The notes beneath the pieces were generated by a model that saw nothing but the letters and a program-made list of their open reading frames with translations, did not search any database and had not been told where the DNA came from. Source: a virus (Duplodnaviria > Caudoviricetes). Taken from it: 39,618 nucleotides of DNA. Positions 26,804 through 36,883 of this stretch are shown piece by piece (position 1 is the first letter of the stretch; every line of letters begins with the position of its first letter). The stretch is from the IMG/VR virus record IMGVR_UViG_3300032305_003061, positions 1-39,618 of that record, one strand, 5' to 3'. Made by a program: the position numbers and the translations under genes.

Positions 26804-28669
26804 CTAAACCTTTTTCTGATGAAATCGTTGCTTTAAATCAATAAAGAAATTAGGTCCACATTTCCATTGACAAATTTTTGACACCATATTTAGACAAGCA
26901 CAAATCCTGCCAAAATCTTTTGCGACAGCAGGAATCAATTGAGATAACAATCCAGTTGACCTTTTATTAAGCATGCAGTAATAAAGATAACCAATCTTTA
27001 CTGCACTTGATTCGATAAAATTATTACCAATTAATTCTCGAATTCTATCTGTATACTGACCACAAAACATTTTTTCTTCTTCAGTAATAAAAGATTTAGT
27101 GTTTGATGGGACTAGAGACAAATAATAAGTTACAAGAGAATCCTTCCTCAACGAACTACCAAAATAACGAGAAAAGTTCCTAACCCAAACACTAAGATCA
27201 TATGGATCAATAAAAAACAAAACGCTAGGTATACCAAGTTTTTTTATCTTGTACACTCCATCGTTAATCTCAACAAACCTCATTTTAAGAAGGCAATCCA
27301 AAGTATTTTTTAAATATTCTGACTTCATTTTACCAGAGCAAGCACCATAAGTTATATCCAGTATATTCCATATCTTATCAAAGGTTAATTTTTTCTCCAA
27401 ATAAATTAATGAAAGAATATGACCAGCAAGCTTGTGATATTCTAAATCATCATTTATTACAAATAATTTAGAAACAACATCATCAACTTTCTTGTATTCA
27501 TTTGCTAAGGTGATTTTGTTGTCCGGGAAGAATATGTAAGCGTCACCTTGTTCATCAATTCCTTTTCTACCACTACGACCAACCATTTGAAATATTTCTG
27601 CTTTATCAACAAGTTGATTGCCTCTTACAACACCAGCAATAATGACCCTTCTAGCAGGCAGATTTACGCCAGCAGCAAGCGTACTTGTAGCAACAAGCAA
27701 TCTTAGTGAACCCTCCTTGAATTCCCTTTCTAATGCCTTTCTTTTGCCTGCTACGAGGTCAGCTGAATGAAACTTGGATTCCATCCCTTTCTCACTGATA
27801 TACTTGACTAATCGCTTACCTAAATTTTTTGAATGAACGAATATAAGAATTTTGTCAGACATATGTTTTTCGCAGAGTTTGACAATGGAGTCAAACATAT
27901 CAAGTGGATTCCCCCCTTGATTCATAGAAGTGTCATATTTCTTATAATGAATACTGAGGGGAACTGCTCTGTATTTGGAGTTAAGGACAATTGTTTGTTT
28001 CTTAGTTAATGATGACAACCATTCTGCTATTTGATTTGCGTTAGGTAATGTTCCACTCAAAAATACAATTTTAGAACTGTTTTTTCGTGAAAATTCAGAT
28101 AAAGCAAATTCTAAAGTAGCTCCTCTATCATCTGTGCCAAGGATATGTGCTTCATCAACAACAATTACTTCTACATCTTCAAAACAGTTTGAATCAGTTC
28201 TTATTTTATGACAAAAACTTTCGATTGTTGCAATTATGAGATTGCCGCCACTTGTTTTTTCTTCATCACCGGACATGAGACTTATTTTCTTTTCGCTGAA
28301 TGGATGTAATTTGTTAGACCATTCATTATGTTTTTCGGATGCAAGTGATTTAAGAGGACAAAGATAAATAGCTTTTTTGTTATTGCCAATGAGTGTGTCA
28401 AAAATGAAAAATTCTGCCATAATAGTTTTACCGCTATTAGTGGCAGAAGCAATGATAAAGTTTTTGTTTTCTTGATAATGATCTAATACTGTACTTTGAA
28501 CAACATTGAATTTATCGAATGGATACTTGTAATATTTGAATAAAGATGAATCTTTTTCAGGTTTTTCTTCAATGTTGATAGGTAGCATGTCCATTATTAT
28601 ATGTATCCAAGAATTCATGTCAAATTTAAAAAAGTAACCCTCCATTTCTGGAAGGTTACTTAGTTCCAA
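26804..28669 (-). CDS. SF2 Ski2/Hel308-like DEAH helicase
   Basis: FNVVQS, SATNSGKT, PLKSLASEK, DEAH, LSGTLPN, FHSADL, ATSTLAAGVNLPARRVII, QMVGRSGR; start uncertain. Confidence 0.9.
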   Translation of the reverse strand: MELSNLPEMEGYFFKFDMNSWIHIIMDMLPINIEEKPEKDSSLFKYYKYPFDKFNVVQSTVLDHYQENKNFIIASATNSGKTIMAEFFIFDTLIGNNKKAIYLCPLKSLASEKHNEWSNKLHPFSEKKISLMSGDEEKTSGGNLIIATIESFCHKIRTDSNCFEDVEVIVVDEAHILGTDDRGATLEFALSEFSRKNSSKIVFLSGTLPNANQIAEWLSSLTKKQTIVLNSKYRAVPLSIHYKKYDTSMNQGGNPLDMFDSIVKLCEKHMSDKILIFVHSKNLGKRLVKYISEKGMESKFHSADLVAGKRKALEREFKEGSLRLLVATSTLAAGVNLPARRVIIAGVVRGNQLVDKAEIFQMVGRSGRKGIDEQGDAYIFFPDNKITLANEYKKVDDVVSKLFVINDDLEYHKLAGHILSLIYLEKKLTFDKIWNILDITYGACSGKMKSEYLKNTLDCLLKMRFVEINDGVYKIKKLGIPSVLFFIDPYDLSVWVRNFSRYFGSSLRKDSLVTYYLSLVPSNTKSFITEEEKMFCGQYTDRIRELIGNNFIESSAVKIGYLYYCMLNKRSTGLLSQLIPAVAKDFGRICACLNMVSKICQWKCGPNFFIDLKQRFHQKKV

Positions 28670-28686
28670 CCCTAGAAATCACCCCC

Positions 28687-28995
28687 TTAGAGCGGGTTTA
28701 GAACTGGATCTACAAGTTTTCGACGTTTAACTTCGTTAAATACTAAGCCAGTAAAATCTTCTAAATTTAAATGAAAATTTGAAGAACACTCTACGTTTGT
28801 TAAATACTCATTAATTTCTGTAAATTTCTTACCGATTAAATCAAAAACTTGCGACAAGTCATCTTGATAACGGTGTAACAACCTCGTATACATGTATATT
28901 AAATCGAAATCACTCATTTTGACAAAAAACGAAAAAGTTTTTTTCACGATCAAATCCTCGAATAACTTAAAGACCCAACTTAAATTAGTTATCAA
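28687..28995 (-). CDS. Hypothetical protein
   Basis: ORF in a co-oriented run; real start may be internal (GTG 28947 or ATG 28917). Confidence 0.65.
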   Translation of the reverse strand: MITNLSWVFKLFEDLIVKKTFSFFVKMSDFDLIYMYTRLLHRYQDDLSQVFDLIGKKFTEINEYLTNVECSSNFHLNLEDFTGLVFNEVKRRKLVDPVLNPL

Positions 28996-29306
28996 ACAAC
29001 ATTTATTGAACGAACTTTATTACCTTCGTTATCAATAAATTTATCTTCTAAAACAACAGCCTTATCATCATCCTGACAACGGATACCAATATTATACTTA
29101 TCGATAATTGTTGCTCTTAATTCATTTTTTATAATGACATAGCAATAATTCTTGGATTTAGTGCTATTTCCAGAATCATCTTCGTTAGTAATTCCTATTT
29201 CAATAACAAAATCATCAGGTAAATTTAATTGTATTGTTCCATATTTTTCTAAATGTTTTATTATTGATGATTGAATCCTACTGGCGGACGGTTTCTGATT
29301 TGTCAT
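28992..29306 (-). CDS. Hypothetical protein
   Basis: 104-aa ORF. Confidence 0.7.
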   Translation of the reverse strand: MTNQKPSASRIQSSIIKHLEKYGTIQLNLPDDFVIEIGITNEDDSGNSTKSKNYCYVIIKNELRATIIDKYNIGIRCQDDDKAVVLEDKFIDNEGNKVRSINVV

Positions 29307-29368
29307 AATTTTTCAGCATGTTAGTGCTGCTCCAGAAGAACCTATCGTATTTATCGTAATATTATAAA

Positions 29369-29857
29369 TTATTCTATAAATGATGGCATATCCTTTACCA
29401 AATAATAATTATATCCTAAAAACTTTTTATTTACACAGGTTTTATTGATAGGTTTTAAACTTTGTCCTTCTTCATCATACATTTTGTTCCAACAATAAAC
29501 AAATTTAGTTGGTGTTAAAATTTGTGTAAGAATCATGTTTTCTGTGCCAAAAAAAGCCATAGCAATTTTAAACGAAACAATAAAAGGCAAAAAATATAAA
29601 TCTTCTGCCCACAACTGCAAAGTTTCAATCACATTTTTCTGATCTTCAAAATAATCTGTTTCTACACAGTTAAAATAAAGATGTACATCATATCCATCAC
29701 AATTAAATAACCAAGTTTTAAAATTTTTTGTAGATATTTCTATATCAGGGTTACCTTTTAAAGAAGAATATTCTTGTAAAACGTAACCCATCAATCTTCC
29801 ATATTTAACAGCCTCTTTGAGACCGTTAACACGATTAACAACTGGTATTTCGTTCAT
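29369..29857 (-). CDS. Hypothetical protein
   Basis: 162-aa ORF, ATGA-coupled. Confidence 0.7.
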   Translation of the reverse strand: MNEIPVVNRVNGLKEAVKYGRLMGYVLQEYSSLKGNPDIEISTKNFKTWLFNCDGYDVHLYFNCVETDYFEDQKNVIETLQLWAEDLYFLPFIVSFKIAMAFFGTENMILTQILTPTKFVYCWNKMYDEEGQSLKPINKTCVNKKFLGYNYYLVKDMPSFIE

Positions 29858-30321
29858 CGACCTTCCAACCTGTAAACGCCTCTTTTTAAACGAACGCAGT
29901 TATATCCATCTGACTCAAGCTCTTGACGAGCAAGTTTAAAATTATTATTTAAACCGGGAATCGAATAATTAAAATTTGAAAACATTTTACATATCTGTGA
30001 AAAAGATATTTCTTTTTTATCAAGAATTGTTTCTTTGATTTTATTTCTAATATAACGAGAAGATTTATCTTTCGTCATATTCTTTTCAGGGTTTTCTGAA
30101 GCTTCATTAGAAATAGCAACCACATTTTTAACATAATTAGAATCACAAAATACACTTGCAATTTCTTCAAGATCAACAGAATTATGGGCATCATCTATCT
30201 TTATTGCTTCAACCTTGATGTTGAAGCAATCGATGAATTCGGACAATGATAACAAATTATTATAATTTGTTACAATGTTCTTGCCATCAGGACATTTAAG
30301 CATGACATAAGACGGTGTCAT
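29854..30321 (-). CDS. Hypothetical protein with possible C-terminal winged helix
   Basis: ISFSQICKMF...ARQELESDGYNCVRLKRGVYRL resembles a wHTH wing. Confidence 0.55.
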   Translation of the reverse strand: MTPSYVMLKCPDGKNIVTNYNNLLSLSEFIDCFNIKVEAIKIDDAHNSVDLEEIASVFCDSNYVKNVVAISNEASENPEKNMTKDKSSRYIRNKIKETILDKKEISFSQICKMFSNFNYSIPGLNNNFKLARQELESDGYNCVRLKRGVYRLEGR

Positions 30322-30334
30322 TTTCTCACCCCAT

Positions 30335-31540
30335 TCATCCTAAGAGGTCATCAACTTCAATATCAGAATCATCATCAGCATCAACAACTTCACCAATCAC
30401 TTTATAGTTTATCACATCAGCGTATAACTGCAAATATTCTTTCATTTGCTCTGAAGTTGTGTCTAAAATTTGAGCATATTCCTCAGCAATTTCTTGAGGA
30501 ATATCATTTCTTTCCATAGATGATTTAAATTTCACTTCTTTCCCATCGGTATATTGAGGACTGATAGTGTAATTGCCAGCACCACCAGCAATTACTCTTC
30601 CTGAATCTAACAATGCTCCTAAGACACCACCCAATGGATTCATCCCACGATCAAAATAAAGTGGAATGTTATCCACTTCAACAAATGGACGATAAGACCT
30701 ATTCTTTTTGTTTTGAACCTTAATATTAATGCCCAGAATCTTTTTCTTGCCCATACCGGGAATAGTCTGTTCAATCTTCTTTTGAGTTTGACTACGCATT
30801 CTTAGCGAAGCGTAAAATGGCAATCCTTGTCCCCCTCCAGCAGTAGTTTCGGGATTACCGTAAAGCACACCAATTTTATCACGGATCTGATTGAGGACCA
30901 CAACTGTAACATCATTCTGCTCCATTTCAGTGTTAAGTTTTCTCAGTTCTTTAGAACAAATCTTTGCTCGTTCACCGGGCTGTTCGTTACCACCAACAAT
31001 GCGCTTAAAATCAGCCTTGCTGTATCCTTCAGGGAGTTTTGTTTCTCTGAACTCTCTAGCACTAGGCGACACAGAAATTGAATCATAAACAATACAAATC
31101 GGAACTTCAATTTTCTTTGTTTTACGAATGTAATTAATAACACGATACATTGTACTAAAACAATCTTCTAATGTTTCAGGAGTGTATCTTATTATCTTGC
31201 TAATATCACACTTTGTTGCTTTTTGAATAAATTCACCGTTAATAGCATTCTCGGTATCAAGTATGACACCGATGCCACCCATACGTTGAATTCCAGCAAG
31301 AATATTACTACCAATCAAACTCTTGCTGGAAGCGGAAGGTCCATAAATTTCAGTTAATCGTCCACCGGGGATTCCACCACCATAAAACTTACCAGAACAA
31401 CAGTAGTTAATAGCAAAGTTGCTAGTGTCTATAAAGTATCTTGCTTGATCAAGTTCGGAAACTAATTCAGCACCTGTTGCGCTTGCGATGTCTGAAAACA
31501 TATTGTCAATAGAAGCGGAATCTTTCTTTTGACGAGCCAT
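30335..31540 (-). CDS. recA: RecA/UvsX recombinase
   Basis: [62 protein letters not shown], KKNR; acidic tail. Confidence 0.93.
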   Translation of the reverse strand: [401 protein letters not shown]

Positions 31541-31589
31541 GCTAAACTCCATGCAGACAAATTTGACTCAAACTAATAGAGTGGCAAAT

Positions 31590-31623
31590 AAAAAAAACAG
31601 GAAACCTAAAAAGGTTTCCTGTT
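31590..31623 (-). terminator. Rho-independent terminator after the SSB gene
   Basis: Perfect 12-bp stem AACAGGAAACCT/AGGTTTCCTGTT, 4-nt loop, T-tract on the minus strand. Confidence 0.85.
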
Positions 31624-31647
31624 AAATATTTAAAATCTACTTAAATA

Positions 31648-32595
31648 TTATCTCTTATTAAATCCAATATTACCTAACTGAGCCTCAATATCATCATCGA
31701 TCATATCCTCAACACCATCCAAAAGACTTTCATCAACTTTTGAAGCATTAGATTTTGAGTTTGAAGTTGTTGGTCTTGAAGCAGCAACTTGGACTTTAGG
31801 TTGAGATTCGCCACCGTTTATAAACGAATGGAGAGCTTCCTCAATCTGATCAATACTGAGATACATCGGAATTGCTTCAAGATCATGATAACTGGTCAAC
31901 CAAGAGTGAATCTGGTCTTTTGTTCCCAGATTAGAAGCATCTTCAAAAAAGCTTTGATCATAATTCGGGTAACCATTGGCACCACGAACGACTTTAACAA
32001 CTTTAAAGTCACGACCATTCAATGGATGAGCAACATCACCCAAAGCTCTCTTACCAGTTGTTTCATTACCAGAAATTGAAACACAAATGATGTTGTGTAA
32101 TGTCTTTCCACAAGAAAAAATCTTGGGTCCAACATTGTTTTCAATCTGATTCGTTTTTGGATTAAGCTGAGATCGAACGATAGCATTATAATAATATCGT
32201 TCAACAGGCTTAATAGAACGAGCCTCATCCTGAAGCTTTTTAGCACGTTCAATAGGCATCTTCTTCGATTTTTCCCACATTGCATTATATTCTTTGCAAA
32301 TAGGGCAATCGTGTTCTGGGCTAGTAGCTTTCCAGAATTCGCCTTTTGGAGTTTTAACCAAATTCCTCAAACAAAAAATTGTTTTAGCATTTGGGTATTC
32401 ACCAAGACGATGAATCCTTACTGGATAAAAAAATGGTTTGCCTTTAAGTTTTGGTAATAGACGGATGAGAACAAACCCATCCTTTTCAGGCATGCGAACG
32501 TAATTATCGTTCATACTGCTCTGATCTTTATTTAGTCTGCTAGCCTCTTTACCAATATCGTTGAGATCAAGGGTATCAAGTTCGTAATCTGCCAT
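31648..32595 (-). CDS. T4 gp32-like single-stranded DNA-binding protein
   Basis: IRLLP, H..C..CPIC zinc site, RYYYNAIVR, KIFSCGKTL, GRDFKVVK, YPNYDQSFF, acidic C-terminal tail; next to recA. Confidence 0.85.
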   Translation of the reverse strand: MADYELDTLDLNDIGKEASRLNKDQSSMNDNYVRMPEKDGFVLIRLLPKLKGKPFFYPVRIHRLGEYPNAKTIFCLRNLVKTPKGEFWKATSPEHDCPICKEYNAMWEKSKKMPIERAKKLQDEARSIKPVERYYYNAIVRSQLNPKTNQIENNVGPKIFSCGKTLHNIICVSISGNETTGKRALGDVAHPLNGRDFKVVKVVRGANGYPNYDQSFFEDASNLGTKDQIHSWLTSYHDLEAIPMYLSIDQIEEALHSFINGGESQPKVQVAASRPTTSNSKSNASKVDESLLDGVEDMIDDDIEAQLGNIGFNKR

Positions 32596-32661
32596 TTTAA
32601 CTACCTTTCTGGGTGATATTTCACACCGCACTGCTAGAGAGTTATGCCTACTCTCCCAAGG

Positions 32662-32952
32662 TTACACCATTGGTGTTCCGCTATTATCGCCTAAAGGAGT
32701 GTTGTTGTCAACATTTTTGTCCTGTTCAGCCAATAATTTTTCCATCTGCTCGATTATTTTAAGATTATGCTCCAATCGTTGCGTAATCTCTTCTCTGCTT
32801 AAATATTTAGATTCTCTACTCTCAAATTCTTTCTCTAACATTTTTTCTTCTTTTTTAGCTTTCCTGAATTCTTCCCTGCGAACGAGGACTCTTTTTCGAG
32901 CTTCGACTTTCTTTGCTTTCTTCTTTTGATCACTTTTTCTTTGACTACTCAT
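32662..32952 (-). CDS. Basic coiled-coil hypothetical protein
   Basis: 96 aa, K/R/E-rich; TAATG coupling. Confidence 0.7.
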   Translation of the reverse strand: MSSQRKSDQKKKAKKVEARKRVLVRREEFRKAKKEEKMLEKEFESRESKYLSREEITQRLEHNLKIIEQMEKLLAEQDKNVDNNTPLGDNSGTPMV

Positions 32953-33662
32953 TACTTACCTCTCAAATTTACCATTCCTTCAGAAGATCTATCGCCTTGC
33001 CAGTTCAATAAGTCATTGTTACCACGTTTGCCAGCATTCATTTCATTTTCAAATTCAAGAGATGAATTTGATGGAACAAAGTATTCATCAATTACTTCTA
33101 CAACATTATTGGCATCATCAACTGTTGTGACAAACATACCAATTCCATTCATATTATATCTTTCTGAATAAATTGGATATGTTTTGTTAACTGTAAACTT
33201 ATATGGGAATTTAGATTTATCCATTCTTAATGGCGGAACGAAAGCAACTTTTCTGATAATTTTTTTGCTTCTAACGTCTTGATCTATTTTTGGTTTAGAT
33301 TCAATTAAATTTATAGGTCGTGATTTAATTGGAATTTGCGGAATATTTTGAGGTTCATTAGGAACATCATCTTCAAAATGACAGTCTTCTGCTAAATCAG
33401 AATTATTAAACTTGTTTCCTGATATAGAAAAACCGTTTTTACTAAGTTTAAAATTGACTTTTTTCTTTGTGTATTCGTAAATTTCTACATCAAAAATGAA
33501 TATATCTCTACGAGCGAGTTGCGTAAGGATATATTTTGCTAATTTTTCACGAGGATAATCTTCATCCACTTTGCCAAACTTATTTTTAAAAATAAGCGGC
33601 TCATCCTTGTTGTAGTCAAGATCTTCTTTTTGTTTATAATACTTAAATTCTATTTCAAACAT
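32952..33662 (-). CDS. Hypothetical protein
   Basis: 236-aa ORF; two domains joined by a Pro-rich linker. Confidence 0.75.
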   Translation of the reverse strand: MFEIEFKYYKQKEDLDYNKDEPLIFKNKFGKVDEDYPREKLAKYILTQLARRDIFIFDVEIYEYTKKKVNFKLSKNGFSISGNKFNNSDLAEDCHFEDDVPNEPQNIPQIPIKSRPINLIESKPKIDQDVRSKKIIRKVAFVPPLRMDKSKFPYKFTVNKTYPIYSERYNMNGIGMFVTTVDDANNVVEVIDEYFVPSNSSLEFENEMNAGKRGNNDLLNWQGDRSSEGMVNLRGK

Positions 33663-33670
33663 ATTTTAAC

Positions 33671-34255
33671 CTAGTGTTCTAAAATGTTTTTTTCATCAAG
33701 TTCTATTATATCGACATCACATTTATCAAAAAGAAATCTACTGCCGATAGAATAATCCTTATCTTTATTGGATAGACAAAACAATTTTTTAATACCAGAA
33801 TTTATAATTAATTTTGTGCATTCAATGCATGGCAAAGTACACCATGCAAACATATGCGCTCCATTTAGTTCAGCAGATGCATTAATTATAGCATTTGCTT
33901 CTGCATGAACACATGAACATAACTCCAATCGCTCACCAGAATTACATCCAAGAATTTTTCTTGGACATTGTTTTCCATAAGAATTATCTAAAACAAATTT
34001 TTCTTCATCAAAATTAGGATTTATTTTGCATTTATCTGCTTCTGTGAGTTGTGGAAGAAAAATCGCTTTAAGATGTTCTGGACTATCACAGTGAGGTGCA
34101 TTTCTTGGTGGACCGTTATATCCCATGCTAATGACCTTCGTTAAAAGGTCATTAACAATTATTACTCCAATTTTTCTAGAGTAACATGGGTTTTTAAGAT
34201 CACCAAATAACTTAGCGGTAATCATATACTTACGAACAAACTCAATGTTAAACAT
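33671..34255 (-). CDS. dCMP deaminase
   Basis: CYSRKIGVIIV, GYNG, VHAEANAI, PCIEC; start ATG 34255. Confidence 0.92.
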   Translation of the reverse strand: MFNIEFVRKYMITAKLFGDLKNPCYSRKIGVIIVNDLLTKVISMGYNGPPRNAPHCDSPEHLKAIFLPQLTEADKCKINPNFDEEKFVLDNSYGKQCPRKILGCNSGERLELCSCVHAEANAIINASAELNGAHMFAWCTLPCIECTKLIINSGIKKLFCLSNKDKDYSIGSRFLFDKCDVDIIELDEKNILEH

Positions 34256-34256
34256 T

Positions 34257-34682
34257 TTATCTCTCAGCAATGTCCATATTGAGCTTATCCATTTCCTTCC
34301 GAAGCATATGTCCACGATTGTGGGCATCTTCACGAGCGGCATTTAAAGCTTGCAAATGAGAATAAAGTCTATCTTTATTGTATCTGCAATTGATGACAAA
34401 TCTTTTTAAATTAACAATACTAGCCTCACCTTCAGCAAAAAGTTCTGCTGTTTTGTCAGATTTTCCTTGTTCTTTTTGTTCTCTATATTTTTGAATGTAT
34501 TCTGATTTATATTCCAATTCTGCCAAAGCATGATGTTTCATAGAAAACGCATGCCCTGATCCAACATAATCAATAATGCCACTTACTTTCTCAAAAAAAG
34601 AATTAAGTGTAGCATCTGTGAAATTTAAATCACGAGAATCAATTGTCCACTCTTGATTGCCAATCGATAACTTCTCAACCAT
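34257..34682 (-). CDS. UvsY-like recombination mediator
   Basis: ~140-aa all-helical protein with SDKTAELFAEGE segment, between helicase and SSB/recA; AGGAGG RBS. Confidence 0.55.
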   Translation of the reverse strand: MVEKLSIGNQEWTIDSRDLNFTDATLNSFFEKVSGIIDYVGSGHAFSMKHHALAELEYKSEYIQKYREQKEQGKSDKTAELFAEGEASIVNLKRFVINCRYNKDRLYSHLQALNAAREDAHNRGHMLRKEMDKLNMDIAER

Positions 34683-34722
34683 GATAAATCCTCCTAGCGA
34701 CAACTTAAACTAAAACCAAAAC

Positions 34723-36261
34723 TTAGTCAATTGGATTCGATGGATCTTGTTGTTTTTTTCTGCCTGCTTTTTTAGGAGGCGGATTAATTGATGATATATT
34801 TGATGTATCAGATGTAACACTGTAAGTGTTTGCATCCTGTTGAGCTTTGTTATGCATTCTTGTTTTGTACTTATCAAAATCTATTTCAGATATAGTCAAC
34901 ATTTCTTGATTGTATTCTATCGGGAAATGATATCTTGATTTACCATTTCTGCTTTTGATAACGAATATTCTACCAACTTGAGCGTTAGCCTCATCGGTAG
35001 TTCTGTTAATAGACCACAAACCATCAAGAGGCTTAAACATGTCGAATGACGCACCGATATTACCCTCCTCAATAAACTCAGAAGCCGATAACTCTGATGC
35101 TGATTTATTCGGCTGCATTGCTGTAAAAACAAGCATTTTCTTTTCTCCAGCAAGACCTCTTAAATCCCTAATAATACGATACTTACTTTCCCATACAGGA
35201 ATTCCGGGTGTATCTTTCATTTCTCCCGGATAATCTACAATCAAAACATCTGGTACAAATCCATATAATTCTAACTGATTAAGATAAGCCCTGATATCAT
35301 TAACATCAATACTACCAGATGGAAAGTGTTTAACTATTAGTCTGTTTTTATCTTCATACTCAAGACTTTTGTAGTCTAGAATATTTTTAATTTCTTCTTT
35401 TTGATGAGCAAGTTTGTTATATGATATTCCAGCATAAGCTGATGTAAACCTTCTAGAAATTGAAACCCAATCCATTTCAACAGAAACAAAAGCTACTTTA
35501 AAGCCCTTATTAACATTTTCAACAGCTGCTTTAACTAAAGCTAGCGATTTACCAACACCGGGAAGAGCAATGAAAGCGTATATTTCACCACGCCTTGGTC
35601 CACCACCAGATAACTCAAAATCAATAGAAAGAAATGATGAAGTAAATTTATCAGTTCTTTCGTCATCCTTAGACAACTCAGTAAAAAAATCATCAATTTG
35701 AGTAAAATAATGAAATCCCGCATCGAAACTTTTTGAAACTAACATGCAATTACGAAATCTTTCATAAACCTTAGACCAAACTTCTTCTGAATCAGGATTT
35801 TTCTTAAGATCTCGTTGGCTTTCCTCCATCGCAATTCTAAGACTCTGAATCTTGGAAAAATTAAGCAGCTTATTGAAAAGTATATCTCTTGATGCTTGAT
35901 TTGGTAAAATAAAATCATAAAGAGATTCAAGTTCTGACTTATAATACATTTTAACTGAATCAGGTTTATCTCTTACTTTTTCAATCAAATCATTTTCTAC
36001 GATTTGTTTATCAGGAATACCACTTGGGTATTCCTGAAATAAATTAAACAAAATACGACATGCTTCTACATGGACTTCATTAGAAAAGTATTCTGGAGAA
36101 ATTAAAGCTTTACCTTGAATAAGGAAGTTTCTGTCTGTTAAAAGAACTCCTAAAATTCTACGTTGAAAATTTTCATCCCAACGAAATTTCGCCTGAACCG
36201 TCTGCTGTTGAAGCATACTTTCTAACAGCTTTTGTTGATCTTGTGTAAGCTTAGCTTCCAT
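34723..36261 (-). CDS. dnaB: Replicative DnaB/gp41-like helicase
   Basis: ALPGVGKS, FVSVEM, LIVDYPG, TAMQPNK, KSRNG. Confidence 0.92.
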   Translation of the reverse strand: MEAKLTQDQQKLLESMLQQQTVQAKFRWDENFQRRILGVLLTDRNFLIQGKALISPEYFSNEVHVEACRILFNLFQEYPSGIPDKQIVENDLIEKVRDKPDSVKMYYKSELESLYDFILPNQASRDILFNKLLNFSKIQSLRIAMEESQRDLKKNPDSEEVWSKVYERFRNCMLVSKSFDAGFHYFTQIDDFFTELSKDDERTDKFTSSFLSIDFELSGGGPRRGEIYAFIALPGVGKSLALVKAAVENVNKGFKVAFVSVEMDWVSISRRFTSAYAGISYNKLAHQKEEIKNILDYKSLEYEDKNRLIVKHFPSGSIDVNDIRAYLNQLELYGFVPDVLIVDYPGEMKDTPGIPVWESKYRIIRDLRGLAGEKKMLVFTAMQPNKSASELSASEFIEEGNIGASFDMFKPLDGLWSINRTTDEANAQVGRIFVIKSRNGKSRYHFPIEYNQEMLTISEIDFDKYKTRMHNKAQQDANTYSVTSDTSNISSINPPPKKAGRKKQQDPSNPID

Positions 36262-36273
36262 ACTAAAAAAACC

Positions 36274-36828
36274 TCAAATGTACAAGTGTTCATGTTCACT
36301 TAAAGAAACTTGACCAACACGAATGGTTTTCTCTTTGGTAATCTTCTTACCAACATGACGAGCAGCATTCCATATTATCTGCTTTGTGTAAACAATAAAT
36401 TTTATGTTAATAGAAAGTCTTAGGTTAATATCTGGTCTTTCATTTGAAGGGACAAATTTTTTAATCAATTTTTCTAAAATCTCTTCTTGAGGATCGCCAA
36501 ATTTACGACGATATGCACCATGGTGTGTCTTATTCTTCCACAAATCCTTTAAAGAATCAAACAGTTTTTTAAATATACCTTCTTCTGGTATATGTCTTTC
36601 CAAAGTTTCAAATGATGACTCAATATAAGTTTGTCTTTTATAATAACTTCCTGATCTTATTACAGCCATAAGAAGTTCTTGCTTGATATCTTCTACGTCT
36701 AACTGATGATTATTGCGGGAATTATTAGATATTAACTGCCAACTGGCATAAAGACATAATTGACCAAATTTTTCTTCAAGTTCTTTGAACTCATCTGCGT
36801 TAATCTTAAACATCTGAAATATCTTCAT
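36274..36828 (-). CDS. Divergent sigma70 region-2-like protein (putative phage sigma factor)
   Basis: DVEDIKQELLMAVIRS resembles region 2.2; KFIVYTKQIIWNAARH resembles region 2.3/2.4; ends VSLS; no region 4. Confidence 0.55.
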   Translation of the reverse strand: MKIFQMFKINADEFKELEEKFGQLCLYASWQLISNNSRNNHQLDVEDIKQELLMAVIRSGSYYKRQTYIESSFETLERHIPEEGIFKKLFDSLKDLWKNKTHHGAYRRKFGDPQEEILEKLIKKFVPSNERPDINLRLSINIKFIVYTKQIIWNAARHVGKKITKEKTIRVGQVSLSEHEHLYI

Positions 36829-36883
36829 TTCATTTACCTCCTTGAAACTTTCAACGCAATAATGCGACTTAATTTTAATAGAG

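Noticed and set aside
2215-35930. Short antisense or out-of-frame ORFs in the track (e.g. 2215-2547, 7303-7908, 21495-21914, 31789-32079)
   Set aside because: Shadow frames of well-supported genes, with no RBS or motifs.
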